DNA from: a virus
Taxonomy: Duplodnaviria; Caudoviricetes
Direction: 5' to 3' (one strand)
Length of the DNA stretch: 64,000 nucleotides
Virus record (IMG/VR): IMGVR_UViG_2919380674_000001
Location: 15,963 to 79,962 of that record
In this document: positions 18,470-28,243 of the stretch, piece by piece
Layout of the letters: each line of letters opens with the position of its first letter
Numbering within the stretch: the first letter of the stretch is position 1
Made by a program: the position numbers and the translations under genes
Notes under the pieces: model-generated
Database searches by the model: none
Told to the model about the DNA's origin: nothing
Seen by the model: the letters and a program-made list of their open reading frames with translations, nothing else

Positions 18470-18579
18470 ACCCCAGCACAACGCGCCTGTACCTACATGG
18501 TTTGGGCGCTGTGCTCTGAGAACTTTTCGCCCCGCTTGTTGGGGCTTTTCTTATGCCACTGGAGAGGAGGTGAATCGCG

Positions 18580-20184
18580 ATGCGTCAACTAGACACCTAT
18601 ACGCCAACCCGGTTCATGGCTGACGGCTCAACCTATGACAAGCGCAAAGCCGACTATGCGGTGGCCTTCATCCAAGCCTTGAAGCACACGAAGGGTCGCT
18701 GGTCAGGCAAACCCTTCCAGCTCATTGATTGGCAAGAGCAGATCATCCGTGACCTGTTCGGAACCGTCAAGGCTGACGGGTTTAGGCAGTTCACTACCGC
18801 CTATGTTGAGATCCCTAAGAAGATGGGCAAGTCGGAGCTCGCCGCCGCCGTCGCGCTCCTGCTCACCTGCGGGGATGGTGAAGAACGCGCCGAAGTTTAT
18901 GGGTGCGCTGCAGACCGCCAGCAAGCATCCATTGTGTTCGAGGTCGCGGCTGACATGGTACGCATGAGCCCAGCCCTCTCGAAGCGAGTAAAGATTCTTT
19001 CTTCACAAAAGCGCATTATTTACAAGCCCACCAACTCCTTCTACCAAGTCCTAAGTGCAGAGGCGTACAGCAAGCACGGGTTTAATATCTCCGGGGTCGT
19101 CTTCGACGAACTCCACACCCAACCAAACCGCGCCCTCTTCGACGTCATGACCAAAGGTTCTGGTGATGCTCGCACCCAGCCGTTGTACTTCCTCATCACA
19201 ACAGCGGGTACCGATACACATTCGATTTGTTATGAGCAGCATGAGAAAGCCGAAGACATCCTCGCAGGCAAGAAACATGACCCGACGTTCTATCCAGTGA
19301 TTTACGGGGCGGAGCGCGAAGACGACTGGACGGACGAAAAAGTCTGGGCGAAGGCTAACCCTTCTCTAGGGATCACCGTCCCGATCGAGAAGGTTCGCCA
19401 AGCCTGCACGAGCGCGAAACAAAACCCAGCCGAAGAAAACACCTTCCGACAACTTCGCCTCAACCAGTGGGTCAAACAAAGCGTGCGGTGGATGCCCATG
19501 CACATCTGGAACGCTAACAACGCACCTGTTGGTCTGTCCGATTTGGAGGGGCATGTGTGTTACGGCGGGCTTGATCTAGCCTCGACGACAGATATCACGG
19601 CGTTCGTGCTCGTCTTCCCACCCGAAACCGGTGATGAAGCGTATGTGATTGCGCCGTGGTTTTGGATACCTGAAGACAACCTCAAACTAAGGGTTTCCCG
19701 TGACCACGTGCCCTACGACCTATGGCAGCAGCAAGGCTACCTAAATACCACGGAAGGTAACGTCGTCCACTACGGCGCGATCGAAACCTTCATTGAACAG
19801 CTAGGTGAACGGTTTGATATTCGTGAGATTGCGTTCGACCGGTGGGGAGCAGTCCAAATGAGCCAAAACCTCGAAGCCTCAGGTTTCACCGTTGTCCCGT
19901 TCGGGCAAGGCTTCAAAGACATGAGCCCGCCCTCGAAGGAGCTGATGAAACTCGCACTCGAAGGACGCCTAGCGCACGGCGGGCACCCGGTGCTGTCATG
20001 GATGGTCGACAACATTCACGTGCGTACCGACCCGGCAGGCAACATCAAACCTGACAAACAAAAGAGCACCGAGAAGATCGACGGCGTGGTCGCAACCATC
20101 ATGGCCCTCGACCGCGCCATCCGAAACGGCACCGGACACATCAGCGGAAGTGTTTATGACGAGCGCGGATTGTTAGTATTTTGA
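18580..20184 (+). CDS. terL: Terminase large subunit
   Basis: EIPKKMGKSE, VFDELH, ITTAG, GGLDLAST, KIDGVVA. Confidence 0.95.
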   Translation: MRQLDTYTPTRFMADGSTYDKRKADYAVAFIQALKHTKGRWSGKPFQLIDWQEQIIRDLFGTVKADGFRQFTTAYVEIPKKMGKSELAAAVALLLTCGDGEERAEVYGCAADRQQASIVFEVAADMVRMSPALSKRVKILSSQKRIIYKPTNSFYQVLSAEAYSKHGFNISGVVFDELHTQPNRALFDVMTKGSGDARTQPLYFLITTAGTDTHSICYEQHEKAEDILAGKKHDPTFYPVIYGAEREDDWTDEKVWAKANPSLGITVPIEKVRQACTSAKQNPAEENTFRQLRLNQWVKQSVRWMPMHIWNANNAPVGLSDLEGHVCYGGLDLASTTDITAFVLVFPPETGDEAYVIAPWFWIPEDNLKLRVSRDHVPYDLWQQQGYLNTTEGNVVHYGAIETFIEQLGERFDIREIAFDRWGAVQMSQNLEASGFTVVPFGQGFKDMSPPSKELMKLALEGRLAHGGHPVLSWMVDNIHVRTDPAGNIKPDKQKSTEKIDGVVATIMALDRAIRNGTGHISGSVYDERGLLVF

Positions 20185-20365
20185 ATTCCAAATCAATATG
20201 CTTGTTGACTGTGCGAATGAAGAGTGCGTTAGAATAACGCTAACACTTTAAGCAACAAGGAAGTTGTGTAATAGTGTGTTGTTCCGTGGCGGACATCAAT
20301 ACTCACTGTGGGGCAGATGTTGCCAGAGCAAAATCATGTAATGAAGCATGCTAAGGAGAAATATT

Positions 20366-20926
20366 ATGACAGCTAAAACAGCGATTATAGCAGCTATCAC
20401 GAGTGCTACCCTCTCTATGTCAAGCGTAGGAGTCGCAACAGCTGCAGATATAAATACTGTAGGTGGAGGAAATACTGAAGTCTCTGTAATGAACTCCGAT
20501 ATAGCTTCGAGCCAGGAATTAGAGCAACTTGCGCAAGAGCTAGAAAATATTTTTGCTACATATTTGTCTCAGAATGATGCAGGACGTTGGTATGTCACTG
20601 AGGCGGGGTATATGTCGCATGTCAATAAAGCGGATCTTGAAGTGATAGCAGCAAGATTGAATGGCGAGCCATTTGTCAATAATACTGCTATTCAAACTAG
20701 ATCCAGCGATTACACAAAATGCGTAATTGATGTTACAGGGCTTGGAGCTATTGCGGGATTATTTACTGGAGCTTTTACCAAGCTAATCGAAAGACAACTT
20801 TGGAAGGAAGCTGCTCTTTATATCGTTAAAATTGTAGGGAAAAATGCAATTAAAGGCGGCGTTGTAGGTCTTGCTGCATCATTGGCTGCATCTGCTATTT
20901 GGTGTGCGACTCCGTGGTCGCGGTAG
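20366..20926 (+). CDS. Secreted bacteriocin-like precursor (resembles streptococcin A-M57 / dysgalacticin / corynicin JK family)
   Basis: Sec signal peptide; C-terminal amphipathic domain bracketed by two Cys, with WKEAALYIVKIVGKNAIKGGVVGLAASLA; low GC. Confidence 0.65.
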   Translation: MTAKTAIIAAITSATLSMSSVGVATAADINTVGGGNTEVSVMNSDIASSQELEQLAQELENIFATYLSQNDAGRWYVTEAGYMSHVNKADLEVIAARLNGEPFVNNTAIQTRSSDYTKCVIDVTGLGAIAGLFTGAFTKLIERQLWKEAALYIVKIVGKNAIKGGVVGLAASLAASAIWCATPWSR

Positions 20927-20951
20927 TGAAACGGGAGGGAGGAAGATTCTC

Positions 20952-21149
20952 ATGTCACAGAAGCTCCGATACGTTTTACAGGCGGTTGTATGTACAGCAT
21001 TGATCGGTCTCTTATTTTTTATTGGTACCTTGACTTCTGAGTTTTTTAACGACATAGTGCACGAGAATATGGCTGCAGTTGTGGTGATCTCGGTGGTATT
21101 TCCCGCAGTTACCATGTATTTAAAGTACGACTCCGAGAAACAAAAGTAG
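20952..21149 (+). CDS. Small 2-TM protein, putative immunity
   Basis: GGAGG RBS; directly downstream of the precursor; hairpin follows at 21166-21202. Confidence 0.55.
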   Translation: MSQKLRYVLQAVVCTALIGLLFFIGTLTSEFFNDIVHENMAAVVVISVVFPAVTMYLKYDSEKQK

Positions 21150-21235
21150 TATTTTCTTCCATTGGAATTGCCCTTCACATTTCCCAAGGTTGAAGGGCAA
21201 TTTCATGTTGTCAGCTTTAGAGAGGCTGGTTTCTT

Positions 21236-22540
21236 GTGAGTTTTCTGAATTGGCTGCGTGGCGACACCACCCGCGTTACTGAGGATCGCGCGATTGGCTC
21301 GGGTTATAGCTTTTTCTTCGGGGCTGCGTCGTCTGGTCGTCCGGTGACTGAGCGTAGCGCGATGCAGTTGACTGCCGTGTATTCGTGTGTGCGGATTTTG
21401 GCTGAGGCGGTCGCGGGTTTGCCGTTGCATGTTTACCGGCAGAGTGCTGATGGGGCGAAGGTGAAGGCGCTCGATCATCCGCTCTATAGGTTGTTGCATG
21501 ATGAGCCGAACCTGGAGATGACGTCCTTCGTGTTCCGTGAAACGTTGATGACTCACTTGTTGTTGTGGGGTAATGCGTTTGCTCAGGTGATTCGTAATGG
21601 TCGTGATGAGGTTATCGGCTTGTATCCGCTTATGCCAAACAGAATGACCGTGGGCAGAGATGAGCAAGGTCGTTTGTATTATGAGTATCAGCGTACATGG
21701 GATGAACCAAGTGGCAGGTTCGAAACTGTACGCCTGTCACCGCATGAAGTGTTACATATTCCAGGGTTGGGTTTTGACGGCCTGGTCGGCTACAGCCCGA
21801 TTGCGATGGCAAAAAACGCTATCGGCTTGGCTCAAGCGACGGAGGATTATGGTGCGAGCTTTTTCGCGAATGGTGCGGCTCCCGGTGGCGTGTTGGAGCA
21901 TCCAGGAACAATCAAAGACCCAGCTCGCGTCCGCGAATCATGGCAGTCGACGTTCGGCGGAGCGAGGAACGGCAACAAGATCGCCGTGCTGGAAGAGGGC
22001 ATGAAATACACGCCCATCAGCGTCTCACCTGAGCAGGCCCAGTTTTTGGAGACGAGAAAGTTTCAGATCAACGAAATTGCTCGAATCTTCCGTATTCCGC
22101 CGCACATGATTGGCGACCTCGAAAAATCCTCGTTTTCCAATATTGAGCAGCAATCGCTCGAGTTCGTGAAGTACACGCTGGATCCGTGGGTGATCCGCTT
22201 CGAACAAGCCATCAGCAAAACCCTCCTTGCTGAGCGTGAGAAACCACAGGTGTATGTGAAGTTTAATCTTGAAGGCTTGCTGCGTGGGGATTATAAGTCG
22301 CGGATGGATGGGTATGCGGTGGCGCGGCAGAACGGGTGGATGAGCGCTAACGATATCCGCGAGTTAGAAAACCTCGACCGCATCAGCATCGAGGCAGGCG
22401 GTGACCTCTATTTGGTGAACGGGAACATGCTCCCGCTCGGGCTTGCTGGAGCCTACGCGCAGACAACCGCATCTGAACCAGAGCCTGAACTGGCCCAGGA
22501 ACCTTCGAGTAACGAGCTTCCCTTAAGGAGGAGGATATGA
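21236..22540 (+). CDS. Portal protein (HK97 family)
   Basis: AVYSCVRILAE, LLLWGNAF, EIARIFRIPPHMIG. Confidence 0.95.
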   Translation: MSFLNWLRGDTTRVTEDRAIGSGYSFFFGAASSGRPVTERSAMQLTAVYSCVRILAEAVAGLPLHVYRQSADGAKVKALDHPLYRLLHDEPNLEMTSFVFRETLMTHLLLWGNAFAQVIRNGRDEVIGLYPLMPNRMTVGRDEQGRLYYEYQRTWDEPSGRFETVRLSPHEVLHIPGLGFDGLVGYSPIAMAKNAIGLAQATEDYGASFFANGAAPGGVLEHPGTIKDPARVRESWQSTFGGARNGNKIAVLEEGMKYTPISVSPEQAQFLETRKFQINEIARIFRIPPHMIGDLEKSSFSNIEQQSLEFVKYTLDPWVIRFEQAISKTLLAEREKPQVYVKFNLEGLLRGDYKSRMDGYAVARQNGWMSANDIRELENLDRISIEAGGDLYLVNGNMLPLGLAGAYAQTTASEPEPELAQEPSSNELPLRRRI

Positions 22541-23427
22541 GACGTTTTTGGAACTGGCTCACCCCCGAGCCAAACAATTCTGACCCGGACGCGACAAGTG
22601 TCCGGGTTTTGCGTATTAGCGGCACGATCGCTGAAGAGTCCTGGTTCGATGACGACATCACACCCAGTATCTTCGCCCAAGAACTGAACGCCGGTTCTGG
22701 TCCGGTGACGATCTGGCTCAACAGCCCCGGAGGGGACGTGGTGGCTGCGGCGCAGATCTACAACATGCTCATCGACTACCCAGGCGAGGTGACCGTCAAT
22801 ATTGATGGTATCGCCGCGTCTGCTGCGTCTGTGATTGCAATGGCAGCATCTACTGTGGCTATGTCGCCGGTGTCGATGTTGATGATTCATAACCCGGCGA
22901 CGATGGCGGTCGGTGATAAGGATGAACTTGCACGTGCAATGAACATGCTTGATTCGGTCAAAGAATCAATCCTGAATGCATATCAGGAAAAGACGAACCT
23001 GAGTCGGGCGAAGTTGTCGAAGCTCATGGACGCTGAGACGTGGATGGATGCTCGTGCTGCGATCGATATGGGTTTTGCCGATGAACTTCTCACCGGCCAA
23101 CGCGACCCAATGTTTGCGGTCTCGCCTGAGAAGCCCGACGACCCGGATGACGATGAGGACGAGGGCGACTCCCCAAAGGAACCCGAAGAGTCTGACGTGG
23201 ACGATGAGGACTATGAGCTGAAGCATCCACTGTTCCCGCCTAAGAACGTGGGGCAAGGCACGGTGTTTTCCCGCCGCGCCTTCGAACAAAACCTCGTCGC
23301 ACACCTGACCGTCACCTCGCCGCCGTCGAAGCCGGTGCGTCCACCGCGCCCTGCTATTACTCCCGCTGTGCCTGTTGGTCGGCGGGTTTGTGATTTGTAC
23401 GCCGCATTGATCAATCAACCCCACTGA
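22537..23427 (+). CDS. ClpP-type prohead protease
   Basis: NSPGGDV, GIAASAAS, MIHNP, ETWM. Confidence 0.92.
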   Translation: MRRFWNWLTPEPNNSDPDATSVRVLRISGTIAEESWFDDDITPSIFAQELNAGSGPVTIWLNSPGGDVVAAAQIYNMLIDYPGEVTVNIDGIAASAASVIAMAASTVAMSPVSMLMIHNPATMAVGDKDELARAMNMLDSVKESILNAYQEKTNLSRAKLSKLMDAETWMDARAAIDMGFADELLTGQRDPMFAVSPEKPDDPDDDEDEGDSPKEPEESDVDDEDYELKHPLFPPKNVGQGTVFSRRAFEQNLVAHLTVTSPPSKPVRPPRPAITPAVPVGRRVCDLYAALINQPH

Positions 23428-23439
23428 AAGGAACCACTA

Positions 23440-24666
23440 ATGACTACCTCTATGACTGTTTCTGACCTTCGCACCAAGCGCTCAGATGTGTGGGAGAAGG
23501 CGAAGGCCTTCCTTGACGAGCGCCGCGACACCACCACCGGTTGCCTGTCAGCTGAAGATGATCAGGCTTACGCGAAGATGGAAGCCGAAATCGATCGACT
23601 CACCAACGAGATCGCACGCTCCGAACGAGCCCTGCGCCGCGACGCCGACCTCGCCAAGGCAACCAACACGCCGCTCACCTCAATGCCAGGCATGAACCCT
23701 GACGATGAAGCCAAGCCGACTGCACCTCGAGCAACCGCCTCGTACAAACGGGCGTTTTGGGATGCCATGCGACTGAACATCTCACCGATGGAAGTACGCA
23801 ACGCCCTCTCCGAAGGCGTAGACACTGAGGGCGGCTACTTGGTACCTGACGAGTTCGAACGCACACTGATCTCCTCACTGGAAGATCAAAACATCATGCG
23901 CTCCTTGGCGAAGGTCATTCAAACCACCTCAGGTGATCGCAAGATCCCGGTCGTCTCTACCCACGGCACCGCAGGCTGGCTCGATGAAGGCAAGCCGTAT
24001 ACGGAATCTGATGAAGCCTTCACGCAGGTGACGCTGAGCGCGTTTAAGCTCGGCACCTTCCTCAAAATCAGCGAGGAGCTGCTCAACGACGCCGCGTTCG
24101 ACGTCGAGCAGTACCTGGCGGCGGAGTTTGCTCGCCGTATCGGCGCTGCCGAAGAAGAAGCTTTCCTCACCGGGGACGGGAAAGGTAAGCCCACCGGCAT
24201 CTTCGCAGCCACTGGTGGTGGTGAGAAGGCTGTGACCACGGGTAAGGCAACCGATATTACGGCTGATGAACTCATCGACCTGCACTATAGCCTGCGCGGC
24301 CCGTATCGCAAGAACGCAGTGTGGCTGATGAACGACTCCACCGTGAAAACCATCCGCAAGCTCAAGGACGGCAACGGTCAATATCTGTGGCAGCCAGCCC
24401 TGACCGCAGGAACCCCAGACCTTGTCCTTGGCCGCCCGGTCCACACGAGCACCTTCGTGCCTGAAATCAAGGCTGGTGCCTCGACGGTGGCTTTCGGTGA
24501 CTTGTCGTATTACTGGATTGCCGACCGACAGGGCCGCTCGTTCAAGCGGCTAAACGAATTGTTCGCAACCACCGGGCAGGTCGGCTTCCTAGCCTCGCAA
24601 CGTCTGGACGGGAAGCTCGTCCTGCCTGAAGCAGTGAAGCTATTGACCCAAAAGGCAGGAGCATAA
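23440..24666 (+). CDS. Major capsid protein (HK97 fold)
   Basis: EGGYLVPDEFE, GDGKGKPTG, KLKDGNGQYLWQP. Confidence 0.93.
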   Translation: MTTSMTVSDLRTKRSDVWEKAKAFLDERRDTTTGCLSAEDDQAYAKMEAEIDRLTNEIARSERALRRDADLAKATNTPLTSMPGMNPDDEAKPTAPRATASYKRAFWDAMRLNISPMEVRNALSEGVDTEGGYLVPDEFERTLISSLEDQNIMRSLAKVIQTTSGDRKIPVVSTHGTAGWLDEGKPYTESDEAFTQVTLSAFKLGTFLKISEELLNDAAFDVEQYLAAEFARRIGAAEEEAFLTGDGKGKPTGIFAATGGGEKAVTTGKATDITADELIDLHYSLRGPYRKNAVWLMNDSTVKTIRKLKDGNGQYLWQPALTAGTPDLVLGRPVHTSTFVPEIKAGASTVAFGDLSYYWIADRQGRSFKRLNELFATTGQVGFLASQRLDGKLVLPEAVKLLTQKAGA

Positions 24667-24698
24667 CCGACCCCGCACATGGAGAGGAGGTGGCCGCA

Positions 24699-25016
24699 AT
24701 GACCACGGTTGATTTGGTTGCGCAGGTGAAGGCGAACCTGCTCATCACCTTCGATGATGACGATCAATTGATCGGCGCGCTGATCAACTCGGCCACCTCC
24801 TACGCCTGCTCCTACCAACACCTTGATGAGGGCTACTACGAGACCCACGACATGTCTGGGGCAACCAGGCAGGGCATTGTCATGCTCGCCTCCCATTTTT
24901 ATGAGTCTCGTGATGGTTCCACGGCAGGGTTTTGGGCAGATAAGCCGGATGCGGCGCGGGCGGTGTGGAACGCCGTTAACAACCTGCTACGCCTGGACCG
25001 TGAATGGAAAGTCTAA
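24699..25016 (+). CDS. Head-tail connector (gp6-like)
   Basis: VKANL...DDD.LI..LI; HFYESR; gene order. Confidence 0.85.
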   Translation: MTTVDLVAQVKANLLITFDDDDQLIGALINSATSYACSYQHLDEGYYETHDMSGATRQGIVMLASHFYESRDGSTAGFWADKPDAARAVWNAVNNLLRLDREWKV

Positions 25017-25030
25017 GAAAAGGAACATTC

Positions 25031-25369
25031 ATGGCTTCTCTTGGATCCATGACCACCACCATCGACCTTATACAGCCAAGGGTTATCCGCGATAAGGCGG
25101 GGTTCACCACCACGCGCGATGAAGTGAAGGCGACGGTGCGGGCGCAGATCGAGGTGCGGCACGCATCGAGCGCGTGGGTGAACCGGGCAGCGTACTCAAA
25201 GGCCGACGTCCTCTTCCGCATCAGATCTTTTCCCGGACTGTCCGTGACCACTGATATGGAGATCAGTGGCCCGGATGGGCGGTATGTGATCGACGCCGTC
25301 GAGGTCATCGGTAGATACGTGGAGATTCTTGCCCACCAGACCACGCCCGAAGGAGACGCCCATGGCTAG
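25031..25369 (+). CDS. Head closure / head-tail adaptor
   Basis: Gene order; FRIR motif. Confidence 0.75.
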   Translation: MASLGSMTTTIDLIQPRVIRDKAGFTTTRDEVKATVRAQIEVRHASSAWVNRAAYSKADVLFRIRSFPGLSVTTDMEISGPDGRYVIDAVEVIGRYVEILAHQTTPEGDAHG

Positions 25370-25799
25370 AGTTCAGATTCGCTTGCCGAACGCGTTCATT
25401 GATTCCCTCAACGCCGCCAGCCGTGTACTGGAGTATTCAGCTGATGAGGTACTCAAGGCGGGAGCCGCCGTAGTCGAGCCGCGTATGCGAGCAAACCTCA
25501 CGAGCGTAATCGGCCGGAACACCAAACAGACATCACGCTCGACAGGGCAACTACTCGCAGCACTGGGCACAACGAGCGTGAAGGTGAACAGTCGAGGTGA
25601 TCACAACATTAAGGTCGGCTTCGCTGAAAACCGGCGTGACAGCAAAGCGAATGCGTTGATCGCCAACGTCCTCGAACACGGCCGCAGCAATCAGCCTGCA
25701 CGCCCGTTCCTTGCACCCACACGGTCGCAAACACGGCGTGGTGCAATCGAGGCCATGAAAACGACGCTCACGGCGCGGATCGAGCAGGTGAGACAATGA
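25362..25799 (+). CDS. HK97 gp10-like protein
   Basis: RSTGQL, LEHGRSNQPARPFLAP. Confidence 0.85.
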   Translation: MARVQIRLPNAFIDSLNAASRVLEYSADEVLKAGAAVVEPRMRANLTSVIGRNTKQTSRSTGQLLAALGTTSVKVNSRGDHNIKVGFAENRRDSKANALIANVLEHGRSNQPARPFLAPTRSQTRRGAIEAMKTTLTARIEQVRQ

Positions 25800-26140
25800 C
25801 CGCATTACTAGAACAGCTCACGAATATTGCTGACAAGCTCGACCTACCATTCGAAATCGGCTTGTTTACTACAACACCAGCGCCAGATACGTATCTGGTA
25901 ACAACACCACTGGCTGACGTGTTGGACGTGTTCGCCGACAACCAGCCCAGCGTTGAGGTTGAGGAAGTCCGCCTCGCACTCTTCACTCGCGGAAACTATC
26001 TCGACCTGCGTAGCCGCATTACCCGCGCCCTGCTCGACACTGGACTGACGATCATTGCCCGTACCTATGTCGGCTTCGAAGCGGATACCGGATTTCACCA
26101 TTACGCGATAGATGTCGCAACCCACCACACCTACACATGA
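25796..26140 (+). CDS. Tail completion/terminator protein
   Basis: Gene order; EADTGFHHYAIDV. Confidence 0.7.
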   Translation: MTALLEQLTNIADKLDLPFEIGLFTTTPAPDTYLVTTPLADVLDVFADNQPSVEVEEVRLALFTRGNYLDLRSRITRALLDTGLTIIARTYVGFEADTGFHHYAIDVATHHTYT

Positions 26141-26153
26141 AGGAGCATTACTC

Positions 26154-26750
26154 ATGGCGACTATTGGTTTAGACAAGCTCTACTACGCCACCATCACTGA
26201 AAACCCCGACACGGGCGAGGAGACCTACGCCAAACCCAAACCCCTCGCCAAAGCCATCTCCGCAGAACTCAGTGTTGAGGTCGCTGAAGCGATTCTGTAT
26301 GCCGATGACGGGCCGAGTGAGATCGTCAAGGAATTCAAATCCGGCACCCTGACTTTGGGTATTGACGATCTGGGTGGTGAAGCAGCCGCAGCCTTGACGG
26401 GTGCGACCGTGGATTCCAACGGGGTGCTCATCTCCGCTTCCGAGGACGGCGGGGCTCCGGTGGCGATCGGTTTCCGAGCCGCACGCTCTACGGGGAAGTA
26501 TCAGTATTTCTGGCTGTACCGGGTCAAGTTCGCCCTGCCCACCGAAACCCTGGCAACTAAAGCCGACTCGATTACGTTCTCGACACCCTCGATTGAGGGC
26601 ACGATTTTGCGGCGTAACAAACCCGATAGTAAGGGGCGTCATCCGTGGAAGGCAGAAGTGCTAGAGGGCGCAACCGGCGTCAAGCCCGAGACGATCACGA
26701 ACTGGTATGCCCAGGTTTATGAACCCGCCAGCACCACATCTGAAGCCTAA
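26154..26750 (+). CDS. Major tail protein (phi13 family)
   Basis: MATIGLDKLYYA, LYADDG, WLYRVKF. Confidence 0.9.
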   Translation: MATIGLDKLYYATITENPDTGEETYAKPKPLAKAISAELSVEVAEAILYADDGPSEIVKEFKSGTLTLGIDDLGGEAAAALTGATVDSNGVLISASEDGGAPVAIGFRAARSTGKYQYFWLYRVKFALPTETLATKADSITFSTPSIEGTILRRNKPDSKGRHPWKAEVLEGATGVKPETITNWYAQVYEPASTTSEA

Positions 26751-26762
26751 GGAGCATGAGCC

Positions 26763-27179
26763 ATGACAACCAAGAAGAAGACTGAATCAGTTGTTGACCC
26801 AGGGCGCTCCGCCACTGTCAGCATCGGCGGTACCGACTGCGAGCTTGTCTTGACGACGAAAGCCACGCGGCTGATCGCTGAGCGTTACGGCGGGCTCGAA
26901 CATCTGGGTAACGCCCTGGAAATCTCCGACGATCTGGGCAAGACGCTCGGTGAGGTGATTTGGTTGATCACGCTGCTGGTCAACCAGTCCATCCAGATAC
27001 ACAACCTGCGCCACCCAGACGACAAGCGCCCAGAGTTGACCGAGGACGAGGTTGAACTACTCACTGTGCCTGCTGATCTGGCGGATTATCGTGGCGCGAT
27101 CGCCGAAGCCCTCCAGCGCGGAACACGACGAGACATCCTTACCGAGCCAGCCCCAAAAGCACCAGCAGCGGACGCATAG
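26763..27179 (+). CDS. Tail assembly chaperone
   Basis: Lies between major tail and tape measure; slippery C CCA AAA near the 3' end. Confidence 0.8.
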   Translation: MTTKKKTESVVDPGRSATVSIGGTDCELVLTTKATRLIAERYGGLEHLGNALEISDDLGKTLGEVIWLITLLVNQSIQIHNLRHPDDKRPELTEDEVELLTVPADLADYRGAIAEALQRGTRRDILTEPAPKAPAADA

Positions 27180-27373
27180 TCGAAACCGACAATGCCGTGT
27201 TCACGCGGCTGACATATATCGGCATGGCTCACCTTCACCTATCGCGGGTGGAGGTGGGCTTAACCGTGTTTGGGGAACTCTTGGATCTGGTCGACTGCTG
27301 GCGACTCGAAACCGGCAGAGCCCAACCGCTACGTCAATGGTTCATCGACGACGTGATTCCTGCCGGGATCTAG
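27152..27373 (+). CDS. -1 frameshift extension of the tail assembly chaperone
   Basis: CCCAAAA at 27152-27158; the -1 frame is open to TAG 27373 (…FTRLTYIG…WFIDDVIPAGI). Confidence 0.75.
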   Translation, partial: PKSTSSGRIVETDNAVFTRLTYIGMAHLHLSRVEVGLTVFGELLDLVDCWRLETGRAQPLRQWFIDDVIPAGI

Positions 27374-27987
27374 ATACTATTCCAGTGGGCTTTTAGTTCG
27401 TGAGCGAATTGTGTGGGCATTGATTGATGCCATTGATGACCCGCGTCTGGCACAACGATGAGGCGGGCTGGTGGGATCTGTTGGCTGATGGTGCGGGCGG
27501 CAGGAAGATTCGCGCGGTCTTTCACACCGCACGCAATCGTTGTTGGAACCGTGATATTTCCAAGCTCTGGCTCGAAATCAATGGCTGATATTTGACGCAG
27601 GATTTCCAGCAACTGTTGCTTGGAAATCTATGGTGGGCACACGAGACGCTCAGGCAAGACTCGCATGAGAACGCTTTGAATGCGCATCAATGCTTTAGGC
27701 GGGCGTGCTTGAGGAGCTGAAAGAAACAGGGAGCGAACCATGTGCGGGTGCCGAATTGCCAGATCAAGACCCATAACCGCGCCAAGAGATAGCCCAACCA
27801 CGTCGACTGGATCATTCAGTGACGCGGCGAGTTCGTCCGTGCGCTCATGTAACGACCATGGCGTTCCTGATGGCTGATCGACAACAGTGGGCGTGAGCGC
27901 GTCAATGCTCTCGAACTCGTTGATGACGCCATTCCAGGCTTGCGGGGTCTCGCCGAGTCCGTGGAGGAAAAGTACCGGAGTGCTCAT
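27370..27987 (-). pseudogene. Alpha/beta hydrolase with one in-frame amber stop
   Basis: FLHGLG, GLSLG nucleophile elbow, GVKD, DAGH; TAG at 27628-27630 is in frame with the downstream half. Confidence 0.75.
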
Positions 27988-28184
27988 CGCTGCAAACCAC
28001 GAGTGGCAAGATGCCACGCTACAAGCCCGATCGCACATATTGCGAAACCTGCTGCATTAGCGACGCCCGTGACGGGATGCACGACACCGCTCATCCACAA
28101 AACAGCGAAAACGACCGTACCGATGACGAGTAAAGCAAACAACGGCCATACCCACCGGCGATTAGTTACAAAATTGGCCCACAC
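27984..28184 (-). CDS. Small 2-TM protein coupled to the hydrolase
   Basis: GAGGAGG RBS; ATGA overlap with the hydrolase start. Confidence 0.6.
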   Translation of the reverse strand: MWANFVTNRRWVWPLFALLVIGTVVFAVLWMSGVVHPVTGVANAAGFAICAIGLVAWHLATRGLQR

Positions 28185-28243
28185 GATTCCTCCTCATCCT
28201 CTAGCCAATTTTAAACCCCAGCAACACGAAGGAATACAGACCT

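Noticed and set aside
20205-20235. TTGACT...TAGAAT sigma-70 promoter for the moron
   Set aside because: Spacer is 19 nt; plausible but not supportable without TSS data
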